From an uncultured Verrucomicrobiota bacterium (lineage in GTDB: Bacteria; Verrucomicrobiota; Kiritimatiellia; CAIKKV01; CAITUY01): a DNA stretch of 64,000 bases. The stretch covers positions 2,780 to 66,779 of the forward strand of contig CAZTAJ010000006.1 in assembly GCA_964611575.1 (NCBI GenBank), written 5' to 3'. The notes beneath the pieces are model-generated. The model was given only the letters and a program-made list of their open reading frames with translations. It searched no databases and had not been told where the DNA came from. Shown piece after piece: positions 53,248 through 63,019 of the stretch; positions within the stretch are counted from its first letter, which is position 1; each line of letters starts with the position of its first letter. The position numbers and the translations under genes were made by a program.

Positions 53248-54408
53248 CTACCGGGCCAACGCCGCATGCGCTTCCTTGAGTTGCTCGCGAATGGGAATTT
53301 TCTGCGGGCATTTCGCTTCGCACTCCCCGCAGCCGACGCAGGCATCGCCCCGTTTCCCGGGCAGCCAGGGAAGAGTGCCGAGCACTTTGTAGACACGGCG
53401 CGCGTCATCCCACAGCCCGTAGACGCGTCCCCGGTTGTAAAGATCAAAGATCGTGGCGATGGCGACCTCATGCGGACAGGGCTGGCAATACCCGCACCCC
53501 GTGCAATACAGGTTCGCCATGGCCTTGAGCCGGCTCATCTGTTCGCCGAGCAGCGCCAGATCCTCGCCCGTCAGTGTTTCGGACGACGACGCCACCCGCA
53601 GGTTCTCCTCCACGTGCTCCAGGGCGCTCATGCCGGACAACGCCACGCTCACGTGGGGATTGCCCAGCACAAACCGCAAGGCCAGTTCGGGAACCCGTTT
53701 GACGGCGGGCATCAATTGCTGAAACACATCGCTCGCGCCGCCGAGGCGGCCGCCAGCGACGGGGCCCATCACCACGACCCCGATCCCCTTCGCATGAGCC
53801 AGCGCCATCCCCTCCTCCAACTGGCGGTCGAGCAGGTTGTATTGCAACGTGATCACCTCGGGATAGCCGGTCTCGACCACTTTCTTCAGCGCGTCGTTGG
53901 TGTCATGAAACGAACAACAGATGTGCCGCACCAGGCCCTGGTCGCGCGCCTTTGTGATCCACCGGCTCAGACGCGGCTCAACAGCCTCCGTCCATAATTT
54001 CCAGTTCAACCCGTGGTGGTTGTAGATGTCGATATACTGGACCTGCAGCCGTTCCAGGCTGTTCTCCAGGTTTGTCCACCAGGCCTTCTCGTCCTCGCCG
54101 TAGTTGGGGTTCTTCGTGGAGAGAATGACCTTGTCGCGCCAGCCTTTGAGCGCTTCGCCCACCGCCCTCTGGCTGTCCTGATTGCAGTAGCCGACGGCCG
54201 TGTCGATGTAGTTCACGCCACCCTCGAAGGCCCGGTGGATCATGGGGATGGCCAGTTCCCGGTTCACGCGCGCGTCCGCGCCCTCCCCGGTCATCGGGAA
54301 GCGCATGGCGCCGAACCCCAATTGCGAAACCTTCAATCCCGTCTTGCCCAGTTGTCGATAGATCACGATGTGACTCCCCTCCGCATCAATCGTTTGAGTA
54401 TACGGCAT
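53248..54408 (-). CDS. aldo/keto reductase with C-terminal 4Fe-4S dicluster domain
   Basis: YRQLGKTGLKVSQLGFGAMRF AKR N-terminus, then CTGCGYCQPCP and CVGCGECEAKCP. Start trimmed to ATG 54408. Confidence 0.85.
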   Translation of the reverse strand: MPYTQTIDAEGSHIVIYRQLGKTGLKVSQLGFGAMRFPMTGEGADARVNRELAIPMIHRAFEGGVNYIDTAVGYCNQDSQRAVGEALKGWRDKVILSTKNPNYGEDEKAWWTNLENSLERLQVQYIDIYNHHGLNWKLWTEAVEPRLSRWITKARDQGLVRHICCSFHDTNDALKKVVETGYPEVITLQYNLLDRQLEEGMALAHAKGIGVVVMGPVAGGRLGGASDVFQQLMPAVKRVPELALRFVLGNPHVSVALSGMSALEHVEENLRVASSSETLTGEDLALLGEQMSRLKAMANLYCTGCGYCQPCPHEVAIATIFDLYNRGRVYGLWDDARRVYKVLGTLPWLPGKRGDACVGCGECEAKCPQKIPIREQLKEAHAALAR

Positions 54409-54496
54409 CCCGGCATGCGCCGCCAGCGGGGAATGCGGCCCGCGCTTGCCCTGAGTCGTCGCCAGCCTTATCATGCGGCGTATTGGAGGACTCCCC

Positions 54497-55312
54497 ATGG
54501 ACCTGCTGAAGACATGCCGTATTGATTCGGGCTCAAGGGTCGCGCTCAAGAGTTTCGACCCCGAGGCGACTTCTGGCATGGCGACGAAGGAAGAGGCCTT
54601 GAAGGCCATGACCCGCAATATCGAGCGCCTGGCCAAGCTTCAGTACAGCCTCTACGCCGAGAACCGCCGCTCCGTCCTGATCGTGCTGCAGGCCATGGAC
54701 GCAGCCGGCAAGGACGGTGTCATCCGTCACGTCCTGTCGGGCCTCAATCCCCAGGGATGCCGCGTGACGTCCTTCAAGGTGCCCTCCGGCGAAGAACTCG
54801 CCCACGATTTCCTCTGGCGCATCCACAAACAAACCCCGGCGTGCGGCGAAATCGGCGTGTTCAACCGCTCCCATTACGAAGACGTGCTGGTGGTACGCGT
54901 TCACAAACTGATCTCGGAATCCGAGTGCAAGGCGCGCTACGACCACATCAATGCGTTCGAGAAGTTGCTGGCCGACAGCGGCGTCACGATCTGCAAGTTC
55001 TTTCTGAATGTCAGCCGGAAGGAGCAGAAACGCCGGCTCGACGCACGACTGAACGATCCCGACCGCAACTGGAAGGTGTCCGAGGCCGACTTCATCGAGC
55101 GCCAGTACTGGAACGATTATCGCAAGGCCTACGGCGACGCGCTTTCGCGATGCAGCAAGCCGTGGGCGCCCTGGTACGTGATCCCCGCGGACAACAAGTG
55201 GTACCGGAACTACCTCGTTTCCGAGATCCTCCGGCGCACCATGGAATCCATGGACATTCGATTGCCGAAACCCAAGGTCGACATTGCCGCCCTGAAACGG
55301 ACGTACGAATGA
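54497..55312 (+). CDS. ppk2: polyphosphate kinase 2 (PPK2) family protein
   Basis: VLIVLQAMDAAGKDG Walker-A-like motif and FNRSHYEDVLVVRV. GGAGGA RBS before ATG 54497. Confidence 0.85.
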   Translation: MDLLKTCRIDSGSRVALKSFDPEATSGMATKEEALKAMTRNIERLAKLQYSLYAENRRSVLIVLQAMDAAGKDGVIRHVLSGLNPQGCRVTSFKVPSGEELAHDFLWRIHKQTPACGEIGVFNRSHYEDVLVVRVHKLISESECKARYDHINAFEKLLADSGVTICKFFLNVSRKEQKRRLDARLNDPDRNWKVSEADFIERQYWNDYRKAYGDALSRCSKPWAPWYVIPADNKWYRNYLVSEILRRTMESMDIRLPKPKVDIAALKRTYE

Positions 55313-56391
55313 CGCCGAGGCTTCGCGTGTATGTCTCGTGCGGCGGCACGGGCGGTCACATGTTCCCCGGCCTGGCCACCGCCCAGACCCTGCTGAGCCG
55401 CCGGCATGCGGTCACCCTTCTGATCGGCGGGAAACGCATCGAAGCGTCGACCCGCCAGGCCTGGACGGGCCCCGTTGTGGTCGTGCCGGCCGAAGGACTT
55501 TCCGCCCATCCGCTCCGTCTGCCCCGCTCCCTCGTGGTGCTGGCCCGCGTGTACCGCCAGTGCCTCCGGGAGTTCCAGCAGCACCGGCCCGACGTCCTGC
55601 TGGCCATGGGCAGCTACTCGTCCGTGGGGCCTGTCCTGGCCGCGCGCCGCCTGCGCATTCCCGTGGTCCTGCACGAGGCCAACGTCATTCCCGGCCGTGC
55701 GATCGGGTGGCTGTCCCGTCTTGCGACCGTCATCGCGATCAGTTTCGATGAGACCCGGCGCTATCTTCGCCATCCCCGGCTCGAATTGACGGGGATTCCC
55801 CTCCGGCGTGAACTGGCCGCCGCCGCCCAGGCCACGGAGGAACCGCCCGTCTTCACCGTTCTGGTCATGGGCGGCAGCCAGGGCGCCCAACGCCTGAACC
55901 AGGTGGTCCCCGCCGCGCTCGCGCGCTTGCCGGGCACGAGCCGACCGGTGCGGGTCATCCATCTCGCCGGCGAGAGGGATCGCGCCGCCGTGGCAGCGAT
56001 CTACGCCGGGCATCACATCGATGGCGGGGTCCACGGATTTCTCGCCGACATGGCTTCCGCTTACCGGGAGTCCACGGTCGCGGTGTGCCGTTCGGGCGCC
56101 GCCTCGTGCGCGGAACTGGCATTGTTCGGCATCCCCGCCATCCTGGTTCCCTACCCCCAGGCGGCCCGGGACCACCAACGCGCCAATGCCCTCGCCCTTC
56201 AGTCCACCCAGGCGGCAATCCTGCTCGACCAGGTCGACCTGACGCCCGAGAGCCTGGGCGATGCGCTGCTGTCGCTGGCCGCCGATCCGGCACTGCGCGC
56301 CGCCATGCGGCAGGCCGCCCACGCCCGGGCGCTCCCCCAGGCCGACCGGAATCTCGCGGATTTGGTTGAACGCGCCGCGGCAAGTCGCTAG
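55309..56391 (+). CDS. murG: undecaprenyldiphospho-muramoylpentapeptide beta-N-acetylglucosaminyltransferase MurG
   Basis: CGGTGGHMFPG, HEANVIPG and MGGSQGA motifs. ATGA overlap with the ppk2 stop; the track ORF 54757..56391 is an artefactual 5' extension. Confidence 0.9.
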   Translation: MTPRLRVYVSCGGTGGHMFPGLATAQTLLSRRHAVTLLIGGKRIEASTRQAWTGPVVVVPAEGLSAHPLRLPRSLVVLARVYRQCLREFQQHRPDVLLAMGSYSSVGPVLAARRLRIPVVLHEANVIPGRAIGWLSRLATVIAISFDETRRYLRHPRLELTGIPLRRELAAAAQATEEPPVFTVLVMGGSQGAQRLNQVVPAALARLPGTSRPVRVIHLAGERDRAAVAAIYAGHHIDGGVHGFLADMASAYRESTVAVCRSGAASCAELALFGIPAILVPYPQAARDHQRANALALQSTQAAILLDQVDLTPESLGDALLSLAADPALRAAMRQAAHARALPQADRNLADLVERAAASR

Positions 56392-56402
56392 CTTTGACGC
56401 CT

Positions 56403-57191
56403 ATGACGCCAACTGCCATGCATGTTGAAGACGGCCAGGTCATGGCGCACGAACCGGTGGGCGCTTCCTACCGGCTCCTGACGCTGGCCCTTCCGGCGAT
56501 CGCCGCACTCGCGCGCCCCGGCCAATTCGTGCACCTGCGCCTCGCCATGTTGCAGGACGCCGTCCTCCGCCGCCCCTTCAGCATTTACCGCGTCGAGGGC
56601 GCGCATCTGTCCCTCCTCTACAAGTCGGTGGGCCGCGGCACCGCCGCGATGAAGGACCTGCACCCGGGCGCCGTGCTCAGCGCCATCGGGCCCCTGGGCA
56701 ACGGGTTTCCGCAACCCGATGCCGCCTCCGTCCCCGTGTGCGTGGCCGGCGGCTATGGCGTCGCCCCCCTCTCCTTTTTCGCACGCCGGCTCGGGCGCCC
56801 CGGCGTGCTCTTCGTCGGCGGCGCCGGCGGACACGACATCCTCTGCCTGGAGGATTTCAACGCTTTGGGCTGGGATATTCATGTGGCCACCGAAGATGGT
56901 TCGATCGGCACCCGCGGCCTGGTAACCGCGCCCCTGGATGCCTGGCTGGCCGGGCGGCAGGACGCCATCGAGTTCTTCGCCTGCGGGCCGAACGGCCTCC
57001 TCAAGGCCGTCGGGGAGCGGGCCTTGCGCGGCAACTGGAAAGCCTGGCTGTCCATCGACCGGCATATGGGCTGCGGTGTGGGCGCCTGCCTGGCCTGCGT
57101 CCAGAAGATCCGCAAAGACGGCGTCGAAGTCCTCCTGCGTGTCTGCAAGGAAGGCCCCGTATTCGAGGCGCAGACCGTGGTATGGGAGTAG
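56403..57191 (+). CDS. pyrK: dihydroorotate dehydrogenase electron-transfer subunit PyrK
   Basis: FAD/NAD-binding fold pattern (RRPFSI, GPLGNGF) and a C-terminal 2Fe-2S motif CGVGACLAC. First ATG is 56403; alternatives are TTG 56394 and ATG 56418. Confidence 0.85.
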   Translation: MTPTAMHVEDGQVMAHEPVGASYRLLTLALPAIAALARPGQFVHLRLAMLQDAVLRRPFSIYRVEGAHLSLLYKSVGRGTAAMKDLHPGAVLSAIGPLGNGFPQPDAASVPVCVAGGYGVAPLSFFARRLGRPGVLFVGGAGGHDILCLEDFNALGWDIHVATEDGSIGTRGLVTAPLDAWLAGRQDAIEFFACGPNGLLKAVGERALRGNWKAWLSIDRHMGCGVGACLACVQKIRKDGVEVLLRVCKEGPVFEAQTVVWE

Positions 57192-57197
57192 ACCGGC

Positions 57198-58115
57198 ATG
57201 ACAACCCCGCAACTGGAGATCCAACTGGCCGGCATCCGGATGAAGAATCCGGTCATGGTGGCGTCGGGCACCTTCGGCTACGGTCCCGAATACGCCGACC
57301 TGGTCGACCTCAACCAACTCGGCGCCATCGTGGTCAAGGGCATCAGTCTCGAACCCTGGGGCGGCAACCGCACCCCGCGCCTGGTGGAAGTGCCGGGTGG
57401 ACTGCTCAACGCCATCGGCCTCCAGAACCCGGGCGTGCAGGGATTCATCGATAAGTACATGCCCTTTCTCCGCCGTCACGACGTACCGGTCATCGTCAAT
57501 ATCTGGGGCAAGACGGCCGAAGAGTATGCCGAGGTCGCCGCCCGTTTCGATCAGGTGGACGGGGTGGCCGGCCTGGAAATCAACATCTCGTGCCCCAATC
57601 TCAAAGCCGGCGGCAGTGCGTTCGGCACGAACCTGGACGCGACGGCCCGCGTCGTGTCGGCGGTCCGCAAGCGAACCCGGCTGCCGATTATTCCCAAACT
57701 CGCGCCGAACGTGTCGGATATCGCCGCCTTTGCGCGCGTGTGCGTGGACAACGGCGCCGATGCCTTGTCCCTCATCAATTCGTTTCCGGCCATGGCGATC
57801 GACATCGAAACCCGGCGCCCGCTCCTGGCCAACGTCACGGGCGGCCTGAGCGGTCCGGCGATTCATCCGATTGCCGTGAAGCTGGTGTACGAGACGGCCC
57901 GGGCGGTCAAGATTCCGCTGATCGCCCTCGGCGGCATCACGCAGGCGCAGCAGGCGATCGAGTTCATGATCGCCGGCGCCACGGCGGTCGCCGTGGGCAC
58001 TGCCAACTTCACCGAGCCCCAGACGGCCATCCGGGTGATTCACGGTCTGCAACGCTACCTTGAATCGCACCACCTGGCGTCCGCCGGGGCGCTGACCGGC
58101 ACGGTGCGCCTGTGA
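57198..58115 (+). CDS. pyrD: dihydroorotate dehydrogenase catalytic subunit (class 1B) PyrD
   Basis: ASGTFGYG, GLQNPG, EINISCPN and GGLSGPAI motifs. Confidence 0.9.
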   Translation: MTTPQLEIQLAGIRMKNPVMVASGTFGYGPEYADLVDLNQLGAIVVKGISLEPWGGNRTPRLVEVPGGLLNAIGLQNPGVQGFIDKYMPFLRRHDVPVIVNIWGKTAEEYAEVAARFDQVDGVAGLEINISCPNLKAGGSAFGTNLDATARVVSAVRKRTRLPIIPKLAPNVSDIAAFARVCVDNGADALSLINSFPAMAIDIETRRPLLANVTGGLSGPAIHPIAVKLVYETARAVKIPLIALGGITQAQQAIEFMIAGATAVAVGTANFTEPQTAIRVIHGLQRYLESHHLASAGALTGTVRL

Positions 58116-59746
58116 CTGCCGTCCGCCGCATGACCTTCTGGTCGCTGCTGGCGGCGGGGGTCGTCGCGTTTTTCGTCTGGCTGGTGTACGTCCCCTACCG
58201 GCCGGAGAAAGTGTTCGAAACCATTCCCGCCTCGGCTGCCTGGGTCAGCGTTCACCCTCGTCTCGCCGACGAATGGCCGGCCCTCATCCGCAACCCCGCC
58301 CTCACCAACCTGCTCATCGCGGCCGGGGTCAAGCCGGAGGACACCGGCAAGCTCGGAGCCGACCCGGTCCTCCAGGCGTGGATCCGGAAACTGGCCGGGC
58401 GCGAGACGGTCATCGCCTACGTCCCCGTCATGGGATATCAGAACCAGCCGGCCTGGGTGTTCGCCACCTGGATCGGGTCGCAAAGCATCACTCTCCGGCT
58501 CAGGCTCCCGTTCATCCGGTCGTCCGGGTTGCGGCGGGTGCCCGTGGAAAATGGCCGCACGGTCTATATCGCCCGCACCGCTTTTGCGCAGCCTGGCCAG
58601 AAACTCTCCCTGGCCTTGATGGACGGCGTGCTGGTGGGTTGCCTTTCGGCCGATCCCGTGGGCGTCCGCTGGCTGCTGGAAACCGGCGACCGCTATCCCT
58701 GGAAACCGTCCTTGCGGACCTCCGGCCAACTCGATCGGGCGCGGGGGCTGCTGGCAGCAACCCCTCCCCCCCATTGGGGTTGGTTCTCCCTGCCGACGGC
58801 GGGCGATGCCGGCATGGTCGCCTACACGCTGGAGCTCGGCTCCGACCGTCGCCTGGAAGCCCGGATGGTCACGGCGACTCCCGTGCCCGGCGCCGCCATG
58901 CCGCTATCGGCCCCCGCGCTGGCCTCCATGACCGACTTGCTGGGCGAAAGTCCCGACCTGATCGCCGTCCTGCCCCTGGCCTCCGTCGCGCCGCTGGCGC
59001 TCCGCTCGGAAACGCCGCTCTGGACGGCGACGGCCAGGGCCCTGTTGTCCCCCGCCAACCTGCCGTCGAATGCGCTCGCCGTGGTGGCCGTCCTGGATCA
59101 GGCGCATTGCAGCCGGATCCGCGGTCCGCTCGGTCCCGTCCTGGGCCCGCTCATGAAAGGCCTGAAACTGCCGACCCTGGTCCTGGGGTACGAGGTCGGC
59201 TCATCCGACGAGGCTGATGCGCGCATCGACCAGGCGCTTGACCAACTGAATGTCCGGTATAGCACCGGTCTCATTCGACACACGGTGCCCGCGGGATCCC
59301 GCACCATCACCCTAATCGAGGAGACCCGGTCGGGCTTCTACTCCAAGTTCGAGCCCGACGAACGCGTGGCGTATGTCGTTTGCGACGGCTGGCTCTTCCT
59401 CTGCAGCAACGCAACGGTGCTCAAAAAGCGGCTGGCCGACCACGAGGCCCGCGGCGACCAGCCCGCCCCTCCGGCGCCATGGTTCGCAGCGGCCCTGCGC
59501 ACTCCCGCAACCGCGGCCGCCTGGATGGACCTCACCGCCGGGGCGAAGACCGTCAAGGACCTGGCCGGCGCCGCCCAGTTGATCACCCTGATGGTCAATA
59601 CAAAGGATTCCAGCAAACTGCGCGAAACGCTGACCGGCTGGCGCAAGGCGGCGGACCTGTTGAAACCCTTCGAAACGGCGGAGGCCACGCTGAGTTGCAG
59701 TAACGGCCTGACGCACTTGAACGTCGTCCTCGGCGCAACCCGCTGA
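58112..59746 (+). CDS. hypothetical N-terminally anchored protein
   Basis: GTGA overlap with the pyrD stop (alternative ATG 58130), a single N-terminal TM and no motif recognised. Confidence 0.5.
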   Translation: MTAVRRMTFWSLLAAGVVAFFVWLVYVPYRPEKVFETIPASAAWVSVHPRLADEWPALIRNPALTNLLIAAGVKPEDTGKLGADPVLQAWIRKLAGRETVIAYVPVMGYQNQPAWVFATWIGSQSITLRLRLPFIRSSGLRRVPVENGRTVYIARTAFAQPGQKLSLALMDGVLVGCLSADPVGVRWLLETGDRYPWKPSLRTSGQLDRARGLLAATPPPHWGWFSLPTAGDAGMVAYTLELGSDRRLEARMVTATPVPGAAMPLSAPALASMTDLLGESPDLIAVLPLASVAPLALRSETPLWTATARALLSPANLPSNALAVVAVLDQAHCSRIRGPLGPVLGPLMKGLKLPTLVLGYEVGSSDEADARIDQALDQLNVRYSTGLIRHTVPAGSRTITLIEETRSGFYSKFEPDERVAYVVCDGWLFLCSNATVLKKRLADHEARGDQPAPPAPWFAAALRTPATAAAWMDLTAGAKTVKDLAGAAQLITLMVNTKDSSKLRETLTGWRKAADLLKPFETAEATLSCSNGLTHLNVVLGATR

Positions 59747-59778
59747 GAGAAACGGCACTCGCATAAGAGCGGCCAACC

Positions 59779-60441
59779 ATGAGTAGTCAGGTCATCTCCA
59801 AACAACGGGTCGCCGATCACGGCGAGGTGTTGACCGCCAAGCGCGAGGTCAACGCCATGCTCGATCTGGTGAAGCAGGAGACGGAACGGATCGAATCCCG
59901 CTTCCTCGAACCCGCTTGCGGCAACGGGAACTTCCTGACCGCGATTCTGGATCGGAAACTGGCCGTGGTGGAGAAACGCTACGGCAAGTCGCAACTGGAA
60001 TTTGAACGGAATGCCGTCATCGCCGTGTCGAGCCTCTATGGCATCGACATCCTTTCGGACAATGTGTCGCAATGCCGGGAGCGTCTTTTCGGCGTCTTCG
60101 ACGAGGTCTATGAGCGGCTCTTTCCCGGGACCTCCAAAGCCGGATGTCGCGACGCGGTTCGGTTCATCCTTATCCGCAACATCGTCTGGGGCGACGCCCT
60201 GACCCTCAAGACGGTTGATGAGGAGCCCGGCAACATCGTCTTCTCCGAATGGTCGCCGGTCAATGGGAGTCTGCTCAAACGGCGGGACTTCACCTTTCAC
60301 GGTCTGTTGTCGCACGAGGGCATGAAGCAATTGCCGCTCTTCTCCGACCTGGGCGAGGATGTGTTCATCCCCACGCCCGAGAAGGAGTATCCCCCGGTCC
60401 ACTTCCTGGAGATCGCCCATGTCCAGCAGCAGCGGGTATAA
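59779..60441 (+). CDS. DNA-methyltransferase-like protein with the N-terminal half only (SAM motif I, no NPPY)
   Basis: [15 protein letters not shown], motif [17 protein letters not shown] and NIVWGDAL, as in Eco57I/PglX-type enzymes. It ends before any (D/N)PP(Y/F). 23-nt overlap with the next gene. Confidence 0.6.
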   Translation: MSSQVISKQRVADHGEVLTAKREVNAMLDLVKQETERIESRFLEPACGNGNFLTAILDRKLAVVEKRYGKSQLEFERNAVIAVSSLYGIDILSDNVSQCRERLFGVFDEVYERLFPGTSKAGCRDAVRFILIRNIVWGDALTLKTVDEEPGNIVFSEWSPVNGSLLKRRDFTFHGLLSHEGMKQLPLFSDLGEDVFIPTPEKEYPPVHFLEIAHVQQQRV

Positions 60442-61999
60442 CCCCGACGTCCTCTCCTGTATCGCCAACCTGAGCAGCGACGAGGTGTTCACCCCACCGC
60501 AACTGGCGAACCGGATTCTGGACCTGCTCCCGGCGAAACTCTGGAGCGACAAGAAGGCCACGTTCCTCGATCCCGGCTGTAAGTCGGGCGTGTTCCTGCG
60601 GGAGATTGCCAAACGTCTGGACAAGGGCCTGGAAAAACAGATCCCCGACCGCCAGAAGCGGTTGAACCACATCTTCAAGAACCAACTCTACGGACTCGCG
60701 ATCACGGAATTGACCTCCTTGCTTTCGCGCCGATCCGTGTACTGCTCCAAGACTGCCAACGGGAAGTATTCCGTTTGCGAGGCATTCGACACCCCCGAAG
60801 GCAATATCCACTTTGGCCGCGTGGAACACGCATGGGAGAATGGGTGCTGCTCTTACTGCGGGGCCAACGAGGAGAACTACGAAAGGGGTGGGGAACTTGA
60901 AAGTCACGCCTACGCGTTCATCCATGCCGAAAAGCCGAAGGAGATATTCAATATGAAATTCGACGTTATTATCGGCAATCCCCCTTACCAGTTGAGCGAT
61001 GCTGGTTTTGGAGAGAGCGCCCGTCCGCTCTACCACTTGTTCGTTGAACGGGCAAAGAAGCTGAACCCGCGATTCCTGACCATGATTATTCCCTCTCGTT
61101 GGTTCGCGGGTGGAAAGGGCTTAGATGAGTTCCGAGAGTCGATGCTCACCGATGACCGATTGCGCTCGATTGACGACCATCTCAGCGCCTCGGACGTCTT
61201 TCCGGGCGTGGGTCTCAAGGGCGGCGTTTGCTACTTCCTATGGGACCGCGACAACCCCGGACCCTGTCAAGTCACCACTCATTTCAAGGACTGGCCTGTT
61301 TCGATTGCCACCCGTCCGCTTCTTGAAAAGGGAATTGACGTGTTCGTTCGCTTCAATGAAGGCCTGTCGATCCTCAAGAAGGTCGTTGCTGTCGAGAGAG
61401 GAAAGACCGACTCGCTTTCGCTGCCTGAAAGCAAGCGTTTCGACCGATTAGTCAGCTCCAGAAAGCCGTTCGCTCTGGAGACCACGTTTAAGGGCAAAGT
61501 TGCCAAGAGTGCCGGTGACATCTTGGTTTATCAGAACGGCGGCACGGGATACGTCTCCAGAAGCTCGATTTCGACGGGCACCGAACTCATCGATAAATGG
61601 AAACTGTTCACAGGCCGGGCTGCTCCCGGGACCGGGAACAAAGACACCTACCCGCACAGGATCATAAGCACGCCGTTCCTTGGAGAGCCGGGCACCATCT
61701 CTTCGGAGACCTATCTCTGCATTGGCCCGTTCGACTCCAAGAAACAGGCTGAAAGCGTGTTGTCCTACCTCACTTGTCGGCTAACTCGGCTCCTGATTCT
61801 TCTGCATAAACCATCCCAAGACACGACTCGCAAGGTCTACTCCTTCGTGCCAACCCAGAAGTGGACAAGACGTTGGACGGACGGGGACCTTTACGAGAAA
61901 TATGGCATCTCCGCTGGTGAGATTGCGTTCATCGAAAAGGTTGTCCGCCCGATGCCTGCCGATAGTGACAAGGCGGGCGGGGAGGCGGGCGATGAGTAG
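60419..61999 (+). CDS. Eco57I-family N6-adenine DNA methyltransferase with TaqI-like C-terminal target-recognition region
   Basis: [14 protein letters not shown], motif [13 protein letters not shown] and motif [11 protein letters not shown]. Has a Cys-rich insert (CEAF...CCSYCG). Start at ATG 60419. Confidence 0.85.
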   Translation: MSSSSGYNPDVLSCIANLSSDEVFTPPQLANRILDLLPAKLWSDKKATFLDPGCKSGVFLREIAKRLDKGLEKQIPDRQKRLNHIFKNQLYGLAITELTSLLSRRSVYCSKTANGKYSVCEAFDTPEGNIHFGRVEHAWENGCCSYCGANEENYERGGELESHAYAFIHAEKPKEIFNMKFDVIIGNPPYQLSDAGFGESARPLYHLFVERAKKLNPRFLTMIIPSRWFAGGKGLDEFRESMLTDDRLRSIDDHLSASDVFPGVGLKGGVCYFLWDRDNPGPCQVTTHFKDWPVSIATRPLLEKGIDVFVRFNEGLSILKKVVAVERGKTDSLSLPESKRFDRLVSSRKPFALETTFKGKVAKSAGDILVYQNGGTGYVSRSSISTGTELIDKWKLFTGRAAPGTGNKDTYPHRIISTPFLGEPGTISSETYLCIGPFDSKKQAESVLSYLTCRLTRLLILLHKPSQDTTRKVYSFVPTQKWTRRWTDGDLYEKYGISAGEIAFIEKVVRPMPADSDKAGGEAGDE

Positions 62000-62014
62000 G
62001 CGAATAAGTCAGTC

Positions 62015-62031
62015 GGTGACAAACTGTCACC
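62015..62031. promoter_or_regulatory. palindrome GGTGACA-AAC-TGTCACC upstream of the Bro-N gene
   Basis: Read directly. Lies 36 nt upstream of ATG 62067 with no T-run after it. Confidence 0.25.
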
Positions 62032-62066
62032 AACTGAAGATACCAGATGAATAAAGGGCAACGACT

Positions 62067-62900
62067 ATGGAAAACGAGCGCGCATTGGTGGCATTTGAAA
62101 AGCATCCGATCCGCCGATTCTACGATGAATCGCGGGAGATGTGGTATTTCTCGGTGGTTGACGTGGTGGCGGCGCTGACAGAGAGCGCGAATCCGGCGGT
62201 TTACTGGCGAGTGCTGAAAAAGCGTCTAAAAGACGAAGGCGCAAATGAAACCGTTACAAAATGTAACGCTTTGAAAATGCCATCGGCTGATGGGAAGTCG
62301 CGGCTGACCGATATGGCCGACACGGAGACTCTGCTTCGCCTGATCCAATCCATCCCATCCCCCAAGGCCGAACCGTTCAAACAGTGGTTGGCGAAGGTCG
62401 GGTATGAGCGTATTCAGGATATGAGCGATCCCGCCCGGTCGCTCGACCGCGCCCGGGAATACTGGCAACAGCACGGCCGCAGCGAGAAATGGATTCAGCA
62501 GCGGATGATGGGGCAGGAGACACGCAATAAACTGACCGATTACTGGAAGGATCACGAGATTAAGGGTGAGGATGAGTACGCGATCCTGACCAACATCATT
62601 CATCAGGAATGGAGCGACGTCCCGGTCAAAGAGCACAGACGGATGAAGGGCCTGAAAACCCAGAACCTGCGCGATCACATGAGCGAGGCGGAGTTGATCT
62701 TCACCGCGCTGGCGGAGCTTTCCACGCGCCAGATTGCCGAGAGCGTCGCGGCCACCGGCATGCCGGAAAACGCGGAGGCCGGAAAGAAGGGCGGCAGAAT
62801 CGCCAAGGGAGCGCGGCTCCAACTGGAACAGAAGACCGGAAAGAGCGTGGTTACCGGCGAGAATTTCCTGCCGCCGGGACATGGGAAGGTGCTGAAGTGA
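62067..62900 (+). CDS. Bro-N domain protein (DinD/antirepressor-like)
   Basis: N-terminus FEKHPIRRFYDESREMWYFSVVDVVAALT is typical of Bro-N. The remainder is helical, like DinD-type proteins (recalled). Confidence 0.7.
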   Translation: MENERALVAFEKHPIRRFYDESREMWYFSVVDVVAALTESANPAVYWRVLKKRLKDEGANETVTKCNALKMPSADGKSRLTDMADTETLLRLIQSIPSPKAEPFKQWLAKVGYERIQDMSDPARSLDRAREYWQQHGRSEKWIQQRMMGQETRNKLTDYWKDHEIKGEDEYAILTNIIHQEWSDVPVKEHRRMKGLKTQNLRDHMSEAELIFTALAELSTRQIAESVAATGMPENAEAGKKGGRIAKGARLQLEQKTGKSVVTGENFLPPGHGKVLK

Positions 62901-63019
62901 CCGATGCCCTGTTTGAAAATGTCGGCGCACTGGTCGGGCAGATAAAGGGTCTCGCCCGGCAGGCGCACGCCGAGTATTCAATCTGGGATGACAAGAGAAG
63001 GGAGGAAGAGCGTGAGTAA
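62897..63019 (+). CDS. possible 40-aa micro-ORF
   Basis: GTG overlaps the Bro-N stop (GTGA) and the ORF ends 8 nt inside the next gene. The coupling geometry is the only support. Confidence 0.2.
   Translation: MTDALFENVGALVGQIKGLARQAHAEYSIWDDKRREEERE

Noticed and set aside
52824-53471. 215-aa minus-strand ORF and the 52993..53997 plus-strand ORF across the IS remnant.
   Set aside because: They span the inverted-repeat element and run antisense into the aldo/keto reductase. Only a short internal stretch resembles a transposase, so they were treated as remnant or artefact rather than genes.
54757-56391. Track ORFs with long N-terminal extensions: 54757..56391, 9006..9533, 6757..7350, 6429..6872, 24400..25491, 29401..30897, 53248..54636 and 7422..7937.
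   Set aside because: The extensions overlap upstream genes or lack coding character. Internal ATGs with an RBS or an ATGA overlap coincide with the start of recognisable homology, so the starts were trimmed.
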